Below, one piece after another: positions 31,120-44,600 of a DNA stretch of 49,000 nucleotides; positions within the stretch are counted from its first letter, which is position 1; each line of letters begins with the position of its first letter. A program made the position numbers and the translations under genes. The notes below the pieces were generated by a model. It did no database searches. It was not told where the DNA came from and saw nothing but the letters and a program-made list of their open reading frames with translations. Source of the DNA: Tubulanus polymorphus (lineage: Eukaryota > Animalia > Nemertea); contig NW_027437483.1 of assembly GCF_964204645.1 (NCBI RefSeq), positions 1-49,000 of the forward strand, in the 5' to 3' direction.

Positions 31120-34100
31120 CAGCTCCAACTTCGCAGAGAACTTTAGTGCAAACACTATATCGCGATCCCTGATTCCACACGAGCTCTCTACAATAATCTA
31201 CAATAATATGCCAGAACCTGGTGACCGTCAAACGCATTTCCCACTTAGTGTGCCATAAAAATGTAATATGCCCAGTCTATCCAGCTCCTACTCCCCCCTA
31301 CTCCCCCTACTCCCTCTTCTGTCTCAGTAACCTATCCAGCTCCTACTCCCCCCTACTCCCTCTTCTGTCTCAGTAACCTATCCAGCTCCTACTCCCCCTA
31401 CTCCACCCTACTCCCTCTCCTGTCTCAGTAACCTATCCAGCTCCTACTCCCCCCTACTCCCTCTCCTGTCTCAGTAACCTATCCAGCTCCTACTCCCCCC
31501 TACTCCCTCTCCTGTCTCAGTAACCTATCCAGCTCCTACTCCCCCCTACTCCCTCTCCTGTCTCAGTAACCTATCCAGCTCCTACTCCCCCTACTCCCCC
31601 CTACTCCCTCTCCTGTCTCAGTAACCTATCCAGCTCCTACTCCCCCTACTCCCCCCTACTCCCTCTCCTGTCTCAGTAACCTATCCAGCTCCTACTCCCC
31701 CCTACTCCCCCCTACTCCCTCTCCTGTCTCAGTAACCTATCCAGCTCCTACTCCCCCCTACTCCCTCTCCTGTCTCAGTAACCTATCCAGCTCCTACTCC
31801 CCCCTACTCCCTCTCCTGTCTCAGTAACCTATCCAGCTCCTACTCCCCCCTACTCCCTCTCCTGTCTCAGTAACCTATCCAGCTCCTACTCCCCCCTACT
31901 CCCTCTCCTGTCTCAGTAACCTATCCAGCTCCTACTCCCCCCTACTCCCCCCTACTCCACCCTACTCCACCCTACTCCCTCTCCTGTCTCAGTAACCTAT
32001 CCAGCTCCTACTCCCCCTACTCCCCCCTACTCCCTCTCCTGTCTCAGTAACCTATCCAGCTCCTACTCCCCCTACTCCCCCCTACTCCCTCTCCTGTCTC
32101 AGTAACCTATCCAGCTCCTACTCCCCCCTACTCCCTCTTCTGTCTCAGTAACCTATCCAGCTCCTACTCCCCCTACTCCCCCCTACTCCCTCTCCTGTCT
32201 CAGTAACCTATCCAGCTCCTACTCCCCCCTACTCCCTCTCCTGTCTCAGTAACCTATCCAGCTCCTACTCCCCCCTACTCCCTCTCCTGTCTCAGTAACC
32301 TATCCAGCTCCTACTCCACCCTACTCCCCCCTACTCCCTCTCCTGTCTCAGTAACCTATCCAGCTCCTACTCCCCCCTACTCCCTCTCCTGTCTCAGTAA
32401 CCTATCCAGCTCCTACTCCCCCTACTCCCTCTCCTGTCTCAGTAACCTATCCAGCTCCTACTCCCCCTACTCCCTCTCCTGTCTCAGTAACCTATCCAGC
32501 TCCTACTCCCCCCTACTCCCTCTCCTGTCTCAGTAACCTATCCAGCTCCTACTCCACCCTACTCCCCCCTACTCCCTCTCCTGTCTCAGTAACCTATCCA
32601 GCTCCTACTCCCCCCTACTCCCTCTCCTGTCTCAGTAACCTATCCAGCTCCTACTCCCCCTACTCCCTCTCCTGTCTCAGTAACCTATCCAGCTCCTACT
32701 CCCCCCTACTCCCCCTACTCCCTCTCCTGTCTCAGTAACCTATCCAGCTCCTACTCCACCCTACTCCCCCTACTCCCTCTCCTGTCTCAGTAACCTATCC
32801 AGCTCCTACTCCCCCTACTCCCCCCTACTCCCTCTCCTGTCTCAGTAACCTATCCAGCTCCTACTCCCCCCTACTCCCTCTCCTGTCTCAGTAACCTATC
32901 CAGCTCCTACTCCCCCCTACTCCCCCCTACTCCCTCTCCTGTCTCAGTAACCTATCCAGCTCCTACTCCCCCCTACTCCCTCTCCTGTCTCAGTAACCTA
33001 TCCAGCTCCTACTCCCCCTACTCCCTCTCCTGTCTCAGTAACCTATCCAGCTCCTACTCCCCCCTACTCCCTCTCCTGTCTCAGTAACCTATCCAGCTCC
33101 TACTCCCCCCTACTCCCCCTACTCCCTCTTCTGTCTCAGTAACCTATCCAGCTCCTACTCCCCCCTACTCCCTCTCCTGTCTCAGTAACCTATCCAGCTC
33201 CTACTCCCCCTACTCCCCCTACTCCCTCTTCTGTCTCAGTAACCTATCCAGCTCCTACTCCCCCTACTCCCTCTCCTGTCTCAGTAACCTATCCAGCTCC
33301 TACTCCCCCTACTCCCTCTCCTGTCTCAGTAACCTATCCAGCTCCTACTCCCCCTACTCCCCCTACTCCCTCTTCTGTCTCAGTAACCTATCCAGCTCCT
33401 ACTCCCCCCTACTCCCTCTCCTGTCTCAGTAACCTATCCAGCTCCTACTCCCCCTACTCCCCCCTACTCCCTCTCCTGTCTCAGTAACCTATCCAGCTCC
33501 TACTCCCCCTACTGGTTGTTTCGTTTTGTCTCACCGTCTGTTTGTTTATTTATACAGGAAGACCGCAATAAAACAAGGACATGTTTTGATAACTTCACCA
33601 GATAAAAGTTTTATGTCAAACAGTTTCGAACGAGGTAAAAACAACATCCATATTCAATCCATGTTTTGATCGACCTGTGATCGACCTGTGATCGAGTTGT
33701 AATCGACCTGTGATCGAGTTGTGATCGACCTATGATCGACCTGTGATCGAGTTGTAATCGACCTGTGATCGAGTTGTGATCGACCTGTGATCGAGTTGTG
33801 ATCGACCTGTGATCGTGCTGTGATCGAGCTGGCGGTGATTGAGCTGTGATTGTTGATCTATTTTTAGCTGGTGATATGACAGGAACCGATGATATGGAAC
33901 AGAGTTTACCTCGTAAACAAACTCCGCGTAAAACGAAACTGACAACGTCATTACCACGGCAACAACAGTCTGAAATTACACCACTAGATGTCTCTGACGA
34001 CTCGACGGGTGATGTCTCATTTTTACCACAGGTTTGTATTGGTTAATTAATGCGAGTGGGTGTCGCCTTATTTAATACGATTGATGTGTATATATTGATT

Positions 34101-35488
34101 GATTGTCAGCTGTCACATCGTGAATCGGAGTTAATTAAACACAGTTCACCGTCGACTGCCGCAGCGTGCTCCTCAATCGCCGCAGCCTGCTCGGTGACCG
34201 GTTCTACTCTCGTCATAGACGCTTCACGTCAAACTATTCACAACAATCAAACAGAAGTAGATGTCGTCATCGGTTACAGCAATTCACCGGTGAAAATAAT
34301 CAACCATTCACCGAGCGTAGTAACGCGTAATCTTAAACAACAGTCACAGCAGTAAGTATACCACCGTATTAATCCAGGATTAACCATGCTGGTAGATGTA
34401 TATTAATCCAGGATTAACCGGTATTGTGTATTGGTATTGTAGGTATATGACTGGTAATACAGCTGAAGCGACTCATATTTCTGTAGATGAAGTTCCTAAA
34501 GTTTTAATCTCTGATCAATCGACTTTATTTAAATCTCCTGTAGTCGTTCGTCAAGATCAAATAGCTGGTTAGTTCATCTATCTCACTATAGAGGGCGAGC
34601 GCGTGTTAGTTCATCTATCTGACTATAGAGGGCGAGCGCGTGTTAGTTCATCTATCTGACTATAGAGGGCGAGCGCGTGTTAGTTCATCTATCTGACTAT
34701 AGAGGGCGAGCGCGTGTTAGATCATCTATCTGACTATAGAGGGCGAGCGCGTGTTAGATCATCTATCTGACTATAGAGGGCGAGCGCGTGTTAGATCATC
34801 TATCTGACTATAGAGGGCGAGCGCGTGTTAGTTCATCTATCTGACTATAGAGGGCGAGCGCGTGTTAGATCATCTATCTGACTATAGAGGGCGAGCGCGT
34901 GTTAGATCATCTATCTGACTATAGAGGGCGAGCGCGTGTTAGATCATCTATCTGACTATAGAGGGCGAGCGCGTGTTAGATCATCTATCTGACTATAGAG
35001 GGCGAGCGCGTGTTAGATCATCTATCTGACTATAGAGGGCGAGCGCGTGTTAGTTCATCTATCTAACTATAGAGGGCGAGCGCGTGTTAGTTCATCTATC
35101 TGACTATAGAGGGCATGTGTTAGTTCATGCGTTAATAAGTTCTATTTTTCATCACCAGGTGGACCGAAAGACTTGAATTCAAGCGCTCGATTGGTGGATG
35201 TAGAAGCTATTAGTCCTATTGTTGCGTCGTCGTCGTCACGGGAACCATCAGGAGGAGCGGTTGGTGTATTTACGGATAGTGATGCAGATTCTCAGAAAGC
35301 TGGATCGGACGACATCAGTGAAATTAACTCTCAAATATCTGATTCAATTATTAGAAAGAAGAAAAAAAAGAAACGTAAGAATTGAAATCTGAGATTTGAT
35401 GATTGATTACAACATCGTAATCTATTCATCATTATTGATCATTTCAGAATTTAAAGTTGTACAATCGAGATATTTATCAGCTAAACCC

Positions 35489-35532
<44 letters not shown>

Positions 35533-37793
35533 TGCAACTGATTCTAGTTTCGCATCAAAATCGATATTATCGAATAAATCACATTTAAAACCGAGACGAA
35601 ATACTAGAATATCGTCGACGCCATCTATTGGTAGTTTATCATCGACGACTCATCGCATCGATTTATCAGAATCGAGTGTTTTATCGAGATCAGGTGCAGC
35701 AGCAGCAGTAGCAGGTGCGTGTACAGGTACAGCAGGTGCAGCAGCAGTAGCAGGTGCGTGTACAGGTACAGCAGGTTTTACCAGTGTCAGCTACACGCAT
35801 TAATTATACATATTCCTGTTTATTTTAGGTATTACATCATTAAAACAATCGTCGAAACAATCGTCTCTTCCTAAAACCAAGGTAAAACCATTGTCGGATG
35901 GAGCATTGTCATTGTTGCGTAACCGTGGATACTTAATGTTATACGGTAATTTTGTTTCAGGTTAAAAAAGATGAGAAATATAACGGGAAACAATTGGATA
36001 ATATTTACAGTCGTTACGTACAGTGGAGATATATGAGATTAAACTTAGATAAATCAGTGAAATTACGTGAGAAACACGCCATGGTTCGTACTACCTCTCT
36101 ACCTCAACACCCCTCCCTCCCCCCACCCCTCAACCTCCCTCACACCCCCTCTACCTCCCTTAACACCCTCTACCTCAACACCCCTCCCTCCCCCCACCCC
36201 TCTACCTCCCTCACACCCCCTCTACCTTCCCCCACCTCTCTACCTCAACACCCCTCCCTCCCCCCCCACCCCTCTACCTCCCTCACACCCCCTCTACCTC
36301 CCTCCGAATACTCCTCTCTACTCCCCTCTACCTCCCTCCGAATACTCCCCTTAACTCCCCACTACCTCCCTCCAATACTCCTCTCGGCCTCCCACACACT
36401 CCCTCTAAATACCTGCTGTTTTTATTTATAGTCATTACTGTACAGTGTTTGGGAACAAGTAGAACAGAGTATAACAGACGCTGATAGGCGGGATTTAAAC
36501 AATGAAACTGTCAATCAAACTGTGAAACTGTTAAACGATTTACTGATATTAGTAAGTATTACTCACACGCCACAGCCTGCTGCTATCCTCACTTGCCAGC
36601 GGGTTATCATCGGTTAGTGTATATTGTAGGATGAAGGGTTTGAACCAGTGATTCATCGTTTGGATACATTTAAACAACAGCATCAGATTTTAGCGAATTC
36701 ATTAGACGCAATTCGGCACCAGATAAATACTGATCAGATATACATACCAGCTGCGGCACCAGCTACATCAGCAGCTTCTCAACAGCAATACATTGAATAT
36801 GAAGGTTAGTCTCATCTCCCCTCACCCGTTACAGACAGCCTCCCCCGTTACAGACAGCCTCCCCCTCCCCCTTTACAGACAGCCTCCCCCGTTACAGACA
36901 GCCTCCCCCTCCCCCGTTACAGACAGCCTCCCCCTCCCCCGTTACAGACAGCCTCCCCCTCCCCCTTTACAGACAGCCTCCCCCGTTACAGACAGCCTCC
37001 CCCTCCCCCTTTACAGACAGCCTCCCCCGTTACAGACAGCCTCCCCCGTTACAGACAGCCTCCCCCTCCCCCGTTACAGACATCCTCCCCCGTTACAGAC
37101 AGTCTCCCCCGTTACAGACATCCTCCCCAGTTACAGACAGCCTCCCCCTCCCCCTTTACAGACAGCCTCCCCCGTTACAGACATCCTCCCCCGTTACCCT
37201 CCCCCTCCCCCTTTACAGACAGCCTCCCCCGTTACAGACATCCTCCCCCGTTACAGACAGCCTCCCCCTCCCCCGTTACAGACAGCCTCCCCCTCCCCCT
37301 TTACAGACAGCCTCCCCCGTTACAGACATCCTCCCCCGTTACAGACAGCCTCCCCCTCCCCCGTTACAGACAGCCTCTCTCCCCCTGTCACAGTCCACCT
37401 TCCCCCTCAGTCTCAAACATCGCCTGTGTTTATTTTCAGATCAGTTGCTGGAATCATTGTTTGAAAGTGAGGAATTGTTGTCTGAATGGAGTCAGTTGCT
37501 TAGTAACGAGAGGCAGATGGACGTACAGAAAGCGTGTGATTCGATGTTAAGATTGGACGACGTCACAGAGAAACAAATACAGCGTTTAAAACTGTAAATA
37601 TTACCGTATATTACACTGTATTACATTCAGTATTACACTGTATTTCTATAATACAATGTATTTGATTTTTAGATGTAAAGAGCTTTTGGCCGATGGAAAA
37701 TCAGAACTTATACAAGAATTATCACTGAATATTCAGCAGATAGAAGATAAACAACTACCATCATCAGCAGCCCTGGAATCAGCAGCACTGTGA
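30796..37793 (+). CDS. HAUS8: HAUS augmin-like complex subunit 8-like (multi-exon, long low-complexity N-terminus)
   Basis: Exons contain KVVQSRYLS, YSRYVQWRY (QWRF-like), FKQQHQILANSLDAIRHQI and ELIQELSL. First exon 30796-30863 splices in phase to 33558; stop TGA 37791-37793. Confidence 0.7.
31275..33512. repeat. Intronic C-rich minisatellite (~45-55 bp variable unit)
   Basis: ctatccagctcctact(c)n(tact(c)n)tactccctctcctgtctcagtaac repeated about 45 times. Confidence 0.96.
34568..35130. repeat. Intronic 37-bp minisatellite beginning at the splice donor
   Basis: gttagttcatctatctgactatagagggcgagcgcgt x~15. Confidence 0.95.
36825..37395. repeat. Intronic minisatellite (ccccgttacagacagcctccc variants)
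   Basis: Read directly. Confidence 0.9.
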
Positions 37794-38155
37794 GAGCTGA
37801 GAACCGGGATCAGCAGCGCTGTGACAGCTGAGAACCGGGATCAGCAGCGCTGTGAGAGCTGAGAACCGGGATCAGCAGCGCTGTGAGAGCTGAGAACCGG
37901 GATCAGCAGCGCTGTGACAGCTGAGAACTGGGATCAGCAGCGCTGTGAGAGCTGAGAACCGGGATCAGCAGCGCTGTGAGAGCTGAGAACCGGGATCAGC
38001 AGCGCTGTGAGAGCTGAGAACCGGGATCAGCAGCGCTGTGAGAGCTGTGAACCGGGATCAGCAGTGCTGTGACAGCTGAGAACCGGGATCAGCAGCGCTG
38101 TGACAGCTGAGAACCGGGATCAGCAGCGCTGTGACAGCTGAGAACCGGGATCAGC
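37778..38155. repeat. 31-bp minisatellite overlapping the HAUS8-like stop codon
   Basis: gaaccgggatcagcagcgctgtgasagctga x~12. Confidence 0.92.
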
Positions 38156-38642
38156 CTCATGTTTTGAACCAATTAGTTTGAGGATAGTTATAGTTACTGT
38201 AGTAATAATTAATGAAATCAACTGGATTGATTTTAGTTTAGTTAGTGTTTAATTTCTGCTGTTGAACAGTAAAATTGATTCATATTGAAATAAACGTCTT
38301 TTCTATCAGTTTTAATCAGTTTGTTTTTTATTCATTTATAAAAATCTCATTGAAAATTCTATGGAGGAATGGATTCAGTGGTTCTGATGCTGTATAGGGA
38401 GGATAATAGCAGACGATGTAGAAGGCAGCTCTAAAGTTATGATAGGGGCCGAATAGAAGGGATTAAAGGCTTGACTTGGGCTGAATTCTGCAAATTTATT
38501 CAGATTCAAACTATTGATTGTTGGGGATGGAAAGCAGCTCAGGAGAAGCGCAGAAAGAATCTTGCCACTGTCAGGATATTCTGTTGATAGTTGGGGGTGG
38601 AGAGCTCAGAGAAAAGAGAACTTCAATATTACAATAAATAGA

Positions 38643-40400
38643 TTACAAATTTATTTTCTGAATTTGTTTTGCAGTAAAAGACAAATTACATAAATGACAT
38701 GTTTTTGATTGAATAACACAATTTCTACAGATAAAATGTTTACAAGGAAATTCATACACATTTGATGCCGTCTCAATATTTTCATCACAAATAACGCATG
38801 ATTTTCTAGTTTTATTACACACAGCCAGGGGGCGTTGTTTAGTTAAATATGAAGGTAAACCTGATAAAACTGATAAATCTATGCTACAATCAAATTTCCT
38901 TTTATTACTGATTTCAGACTGACTTTTACAACTTTCATCATCTATCTTACACTCAGCAGAGCTTGCACTTCTCTCATTGGAACTCTTAGAACTCGAGGGG
39001 CAGCTTGGTGGACAACTCCTAGCATAACTTACAGTTCTCTGAGTTGAGATTGGAGTTCTATGAGTTGAGATTGGAGTTCTATGAGTTGAGATTGGAGTTC
39101 TATGAGTTGAGCTTGGAGTACTATGAGTTGAGCTTGGAGTTCTATGAGTTGAGATTGGAGTTCTATGAGTTGAGATTGGAGTTCTATGAGTTGAGATTGG
39201 AGTTCTATGAGTTGAGATTGGAGTACTATGAGTTGAGATTGGAGTTCTATGAGTTGAGATTGGAGTTCTCAAAGTCTGATTTTCAGATAGTTTATTCAAG
39301 TAATTTAAGTTATGAACATCATAAATTGATCCTACAGTTCTACAACTCGTAAATATACCAGATTTCAATAGAAATTGATCGATTCTAGATTTCAATTTTC
39401 CATTAGGGATACATTTATTGATTTCTGTAAGAGTGACCCCTGTGAAAGGGTCGCTCGGTACACGACCTTTGACCTTGTCATCGTTTATAATGCGTTCTAA
39501 AGTAGTTTGATCTATATTATGACCGCTGGGAAGTAACATAGGAATAGTCATCAGGTCACAAGTGATTTCATCGAGAAAGTCTATAGGAATTTCATCATCG
39601 TTTATTTTAGAGCGAGTTGTTTTCGAATTTGTACAACTCTCTTCAGTAACCGTCACTGACCGAGGAGCGGCGAGTTGAGGAGCAGCGAGTTGTAAACTCT
39701 GCAATAATTGATTATGAATATCGACGATAGTTTGAATCAATGTTCGATGATTTGAAATTGAAGGTTCACCTAAAACGGCCAATCGTTTTAAAGCAGGAAT
39801 TGAACCGTTTGAAGTTTGAACGACGCGTATTGTTAAAGCGTTTATTTCACGACTGTTTCTACTGTTTATATCCGTATCTATAATCGGTAACCGTAGCGAC
39901 CACCAGCTCGAATACGATCGTAGATTTAATCTCGGTGTAAATCGGTCATTCTCGAAATTAATCACAGTTTTTTCTGATGTGTTACGAAATCTTGCGACAA
40001 TCCGGAATAATCCTGAGGTAGATGGCGCTGCAGTCTGTTTGCGGGTAGGGGGCGTTGCAGTCTGTTTGCGGGTAGGGGGCGCCGCAGTCTGTTCCGATAT
40101 AATCCATGGATTTGATATTTTACCGGATCTCGTTGAGATTTCAAATCCAGTCGATTTTTGAGATCCGACGCAACAATCAATAATAACCCGGTGAATATCG
40201 ATAGTACAAGGAAATTCAATCGTCACGGAAACGGGACATTTAATAAATCTCTCGACCATGAAACCGTTTTGATGGTGGCTGTTTGTCGCTGCTGCTGCTG
40301 CTGATGATGAAATTAAATTCTTTAATTCATAATTATCAGCACTAATTTTATCGCAGTGAATTCTAGGCTGAAACAACGCATCACAAAAATTAATAGACAT
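38643..40400 (-). CDS. UBOX5: U-box + RING E3 ligase, UBOX5/RNF37-like, single coding exon
   Basis: N-terminal NFC...I.CDK.S.D.YE..NLIS and GF.VE.FIK.PV..TIEFP..I; U-box IP.DFLD.IT..LM.IPMLLPSG..ID..TLE...PSDPFTG; C-terminal RING CVIC..PCKH.IC..C..C..C. Confidence 0.88.
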   Translation of the reverse strand: MSINFCDALFQPRIHCDKISADNYELKNLISSSAAAAATNSHHQNGFMVERFIKCPVSVTIEFPCTIDIHRVIIDCCVGSQKSTGFEISTRSGKISNPWIISEQTAAPPTRKQTATPPTRKQTAAPSTSGLFRIVARFRNTSEKTVINFENDRFTPRLNLRSYSSWWSLRLPIIDTDINSRNSREINALTIRVVQTSNGSIPALKRLAVLGEPSISNHRTLIQTIVDIHNQLLQSLQLAAPQLAAPRSVTVTEESCTNSKTTRSKINDDEIPIDFLDEITCDLMTIPMLLPSGHNIDQTTLERIINDDKVKGRVPSDPFTGVTLTEINKCIPNGKLKSRIDQFLLKSGIFTSCRTVGSIYDVHNLNYLNKLSENQTLRTPISTHRTPISTHSTPISTHRTPISTHRTPISTHRTPISTHRTPSSTHSTPSSTHRTPISTHRTPISTHRTPISTQRTVSYARSCPPSCPSSSKSSNERSASSAECKIDDESCKSQSEISNKRKFDCSIDLSVLSGLPSYLTKQRPLAVCNKTRKSCVICDENIETASNVYEFPCKHFICRNCVIQSKTCHLCNLSFTAKQIQKINL

Positions 40401-40423
40401 TGCTCAACTTTGCCTTACACTAA

Positions 40424-40816
40424 AACAGTTCCACACGCGCAGCGGGGCTATCCACTAACAGTTCCACACGCGCAACGGGGCTATCCACTAACAGTTCCAC
40501 ACGCGCAGCGGGGCTATCCACTAACAGTTCCACACGCGCAGCGGGGCTATCCACTAACAGTTCCACACGCGCAGCGGGGCTATCCACTAACAGTTCCACA
40601 CACACGTGGCAGGGCTATCCACTAACAGTTCCACACACACGTGGCAGGGCTATCCACTAACAGTTCCACACACACGCGCGGCTATCCACTAACAGTTCCA
40701 CACGCGCAGCGGGGCTATCCACTAACAGTTCCACGCCCACGTGGCAGGGCTATCCACTAACAGTTCCACACACACAACTATCCACTAAAAGTTCCACATA
40801 CACAGGGCTATCCACT
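40424..40816. repeat. ~33-bp minisatellite upstream of the UBOX5-like ATG
   Basis: aacagttccacacgcgcagcggggctatccact x~12. Confidence 0.92.
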
Positions 40817-41529
40817 CCAGGCCCTGCACTTCTGTCGTGTGCGTCTTTGTCTTTTAGCTGAAAAATCAGATTAAGAATATCAAGCTAAGGAAGTGAAGAA
40901 AAGAAAGATTGCCTTTCAATTCCGGGCCCGACAGCTGTGTTGGCCTAGCCATTGACTGAACCGTAACAATGTCTGGTATCCAGGACTAGCCCAACCTGTA
41001 GTAGGCCTAGCCTGTAGTAGGCCCAACCTGTAGTAGGCCTAGCCTGTAGTAGGCCTAGCGTAGGAAGAAGAATTTGTATCTAAAAATAAAGAATGTGAGC
41101 CATGATGCGGTACAGTGCAGTGGAAGGGCCTATAACTCTCCATCCCCGCATCATCTGCTTGTTGTAATTAGTCAGTAACCTGTCTGTGGTTTAGTTTCAC
41201 GATCGGATATTTTCACAAACGCCCATCCGATTATAAAAGGCTTACCACCAATGATTAGGTAACTAACTACTGGTTGGTTGTTGCTGAAGAAGAAAAGTTT
41301 ATGTGAAACACAATCACACTTGGTGGTGGTGGACCTTTCTTTTCAACCAACTATTTATTAATATATTAAAAGTTGCCGAGCGCCTTTTTCAGGATTACAA
41401 CTATCGACAGATACAGAAAACACTATGAACTACTATAAAATAGTGTAAAATACTCGTAGCAGCAATAACCGTGTTCAATAAAATATGAATTGAATTTGAA
41501 TTTGTGTCCGGTGGCGCCGCCTGGTGTGA

Positions 41530-41543
41530 ATTGCCATGGTAAC
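41530..41543 (+). promoter_or_regulatory. RFX X-box upstream of SPEF2
   Basis: ATTGCCATGGTAAC matches GTTNCCATGGNAAC except at position 1, about 75 bp before the ATG of a ciliary gene. Confidence 0.7.
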
Positions 41544-41614
41544 GGTTTGTTGCCGGATATATTAACAGCGCGGTTTTGGTTTAGGCGGCTGTTCAGCTGC
41601 TCGAAGGTGTAAAA

Positions 41615-44600
41615 ATGTCTGATATATTGTGTGACTGGTTGAATAATGAGTTAGATTTGTCTCAAAAAGTTGGTAAGCAACAATAACACCCCCTTCTTCC
41701 AACCCCCTCTTAAACCCCCCTCCCCCACTGGACTGCAGACCCCTCACCCATCTCTCTAAAATATCAATACTAATTCAATATAAAAACCTTTATTGAAACC
41801 ACAAAAGTCTCTCATTTATTTACGATCTGTGTCCGTGGCGTAGGAACCCGCGGGCCCTGCCTGTCTGCATCACAAGAGCCTGCACAATGCCCCGCCCAGC
41901 GCCGGACTGAGTGCACAAGGCCCAAAGTTGGGTTCGGCTGAAAATTAGTAGTACTCATTTTTTCTGGGATCAAGTTTTTGGGCCATTTCTATTGATGTTT
42001 TGAATACATACCTCAAATTGGTCGCGTGTTATAAAACTACGCAGTCTAAAATACAAGGATGTTCCAAGTGAAGTACACGACCAGTGAACAGAAACCAGGA
42101 AACTGTCTTCCATCCGAGAGTGGACCAAACTCCCCTCAGATCTGGTGTCAATTGATCAGCTGCCCTCCCTAGCCAATAGTTATTCAAAAAAAGAAAAAAT
42201 TTCATCTCTTATCTCTCTGATACTCAGTTATTCTGACAGAAAATAAACAATTGTTTTTTATATCTAGTTAACTCTGAACTCTGCACTTTGTTGAAAGTGA
42301 TTTTATTTTATTTTTTTTTCAGATCAAAACTCATTTGCTAAAGATTTCTCAAATGGATATTTGATAGGAGAAGTGTTGAATAAGTATCAACTACAGCATG
42401 ATTTCGATCAATTTTCACAGAGTTAGTAAGTATTCTCCCTCCCCACTCCCCTCCACTCCCCCCACTCTCCTCCCCACTCCCTTCCACTCCCTTCCCTCTA
42501 CTGTGTAATTATTGTGATTTCTATGTTTTTTCAGTTCTGCTGATTCTAAATTGAATAATTTCACCCGAATTGAGCCGACATTAAATTTGTTAATGATTCC
42601 GTTCGATACAAATTTAGCTCGTGAGATTATGACTCAAACTCACGGAGTCGTTACTCGTTTAATGTATCAACTATTCATCGCTCTCAACAATAAAAAGAAG
42701 TCAAATTTAACGGGGATTGCCATGGAAACGATGAGGGCTGCGGCACCGGTGAAATTAGAGGCAGTCGAGAGTATCATGTATCAAGATGTAAGTATCGAAG
42801 TTCAGGATGAATAAAATGAGTTGAAGCCTTGACGACCTGATTGAACTGATTTCATTGTTTTAAACAGCGTTTAAAACAGAAAACACCTCGTCAAACGGAC
42901 CTGAATTTAGACGCATTGGTCGCGAAATTCCACGAGAAACAAGTAACCTTAGAAACGAACGCTTTTAAACAGCGATTCCTCGAACAAGAACGACTTCGCG
43001 ATAAACATCAATCGGAAAGACAAGCTTTAATCGAACGCGCTAAATATCTCAAACAAAAACAGAAAGATTTACTCGCTAAGATTGAGTAAGTTTACTCCCT
43101 GAATTACTCAGTTTACCCCCAGATTTACTCAGTTTACTCGCTGATTTACTCAGTTTACTCCCAGATTTACTCAATTTTCTCAAGAGTAAGTTTCTATTTT
43201 TAGTGGTGAATTTATGCCGGAGTAAGTTTTAATCGTCCTCTAAATTTCTTTGCTTTAATTCACTTGATTTTTTAGCAGTTCATTTGTTTTTTACTCTTGT
43301 TTTAAATTCAGGAATGTTTTCAATATTTCTCTTTCATTAGCTTGAATTTTTTGTAAATATTTTGAGTAAATTTTACTGATGTTTTTTAGTGCGGCGACAG
43401 TTGATATTCCAAAAACTCCACCTCATCGAGGACGACAAGCTTTACTCCGCCAAAAACAACTTCATACTAAGAAAGTCACAGAGGTAGAAATAAATTCAGT
43501 TTGTGTTGAAATATTTTTCTTCTCAGTTTGTCGTATTAAGAATAATATGATGAATGTTTAGGAGACGATGCGGAGTATCTGGGAATTTGAAGAAAAGATG
43601 AAAAGTGTGATTGAACCTTCGAAACCGTTGGGACCTGAAGATTTTCACAGGTAGAATTTCATGATCTAAACCGGTTTTATAGATTTATTGAGATATATTT
43701 GATTTGTCATGTATGAAATGTGTTATATTTGAATAGAGAAGTAACTGAAACAGAATTAACAGCAGCAGCAGCAGCAGCAGGTGCTGCATCCCCGACTAAG
43801 AGTCAAAAATCAGAATTAGATTTAATAAAACCAGCATCAAACGATGAATACATCGGAAAAATCCGTAAACGTTTACAAGAAGATTCAGCAGCACGAGAGG
43901 AACGTGAAAAACGCAGGAGGAAAGTGTTAGTCGATCAGTTAAAGGCTCATGAATATCAGGAGGTTAGTGATTCTCCCTCTAACTCCCCCTCTCACTCCCC
44001 TCTCACTCCCCCTCTAACTCCCCACTCACTCCCCTCTCACTCCCCCTCTCACTCCCCACTCAATCCCCCTCACTCCCCTTCAGACAGTAATTGATGTTAT
44101 GTATCGATAGGAAGCGCGTAGGGAGGAGATGTTAGTGAATCCCCCTCTCACTCCTCCTCTAACCCACTAACCCCTCTAACCCCCCTCTCACTCCCCTCTA
44201 ACCCCCTCTCACTCCCCTTCAGACAGTAATTGATGTAATATATTGATAGGAAGCTCGTAGGGAGGAGATGTTAGTGAATCATTCCTCCCCCTCTCACTCC
44301 CCTCTAACCCCTCTCTCACTCCCCTTCAGGAAGCTCGTAGGGAGGAGATGTTAGTGAATCGTTTAATGCGACAATCTCAACAAGAACGACGAATAGCTGT
44401 TCAATTACTACAGGCACGACACGAGAAAGAGGCTATACGTAACAACCGTATCTATAGAGAACAACAATACGAGCAGAGAAGAGCGCGAGACTTTAACGAT
44501 GCGTTAGATAAAGAGGCGGTTAGTTCAATATTTACCTCTCTTATTTACCTCTCTATAACCTCCTGGAAGATATATTACTCCGCTCCGTGAGATATTAAAC

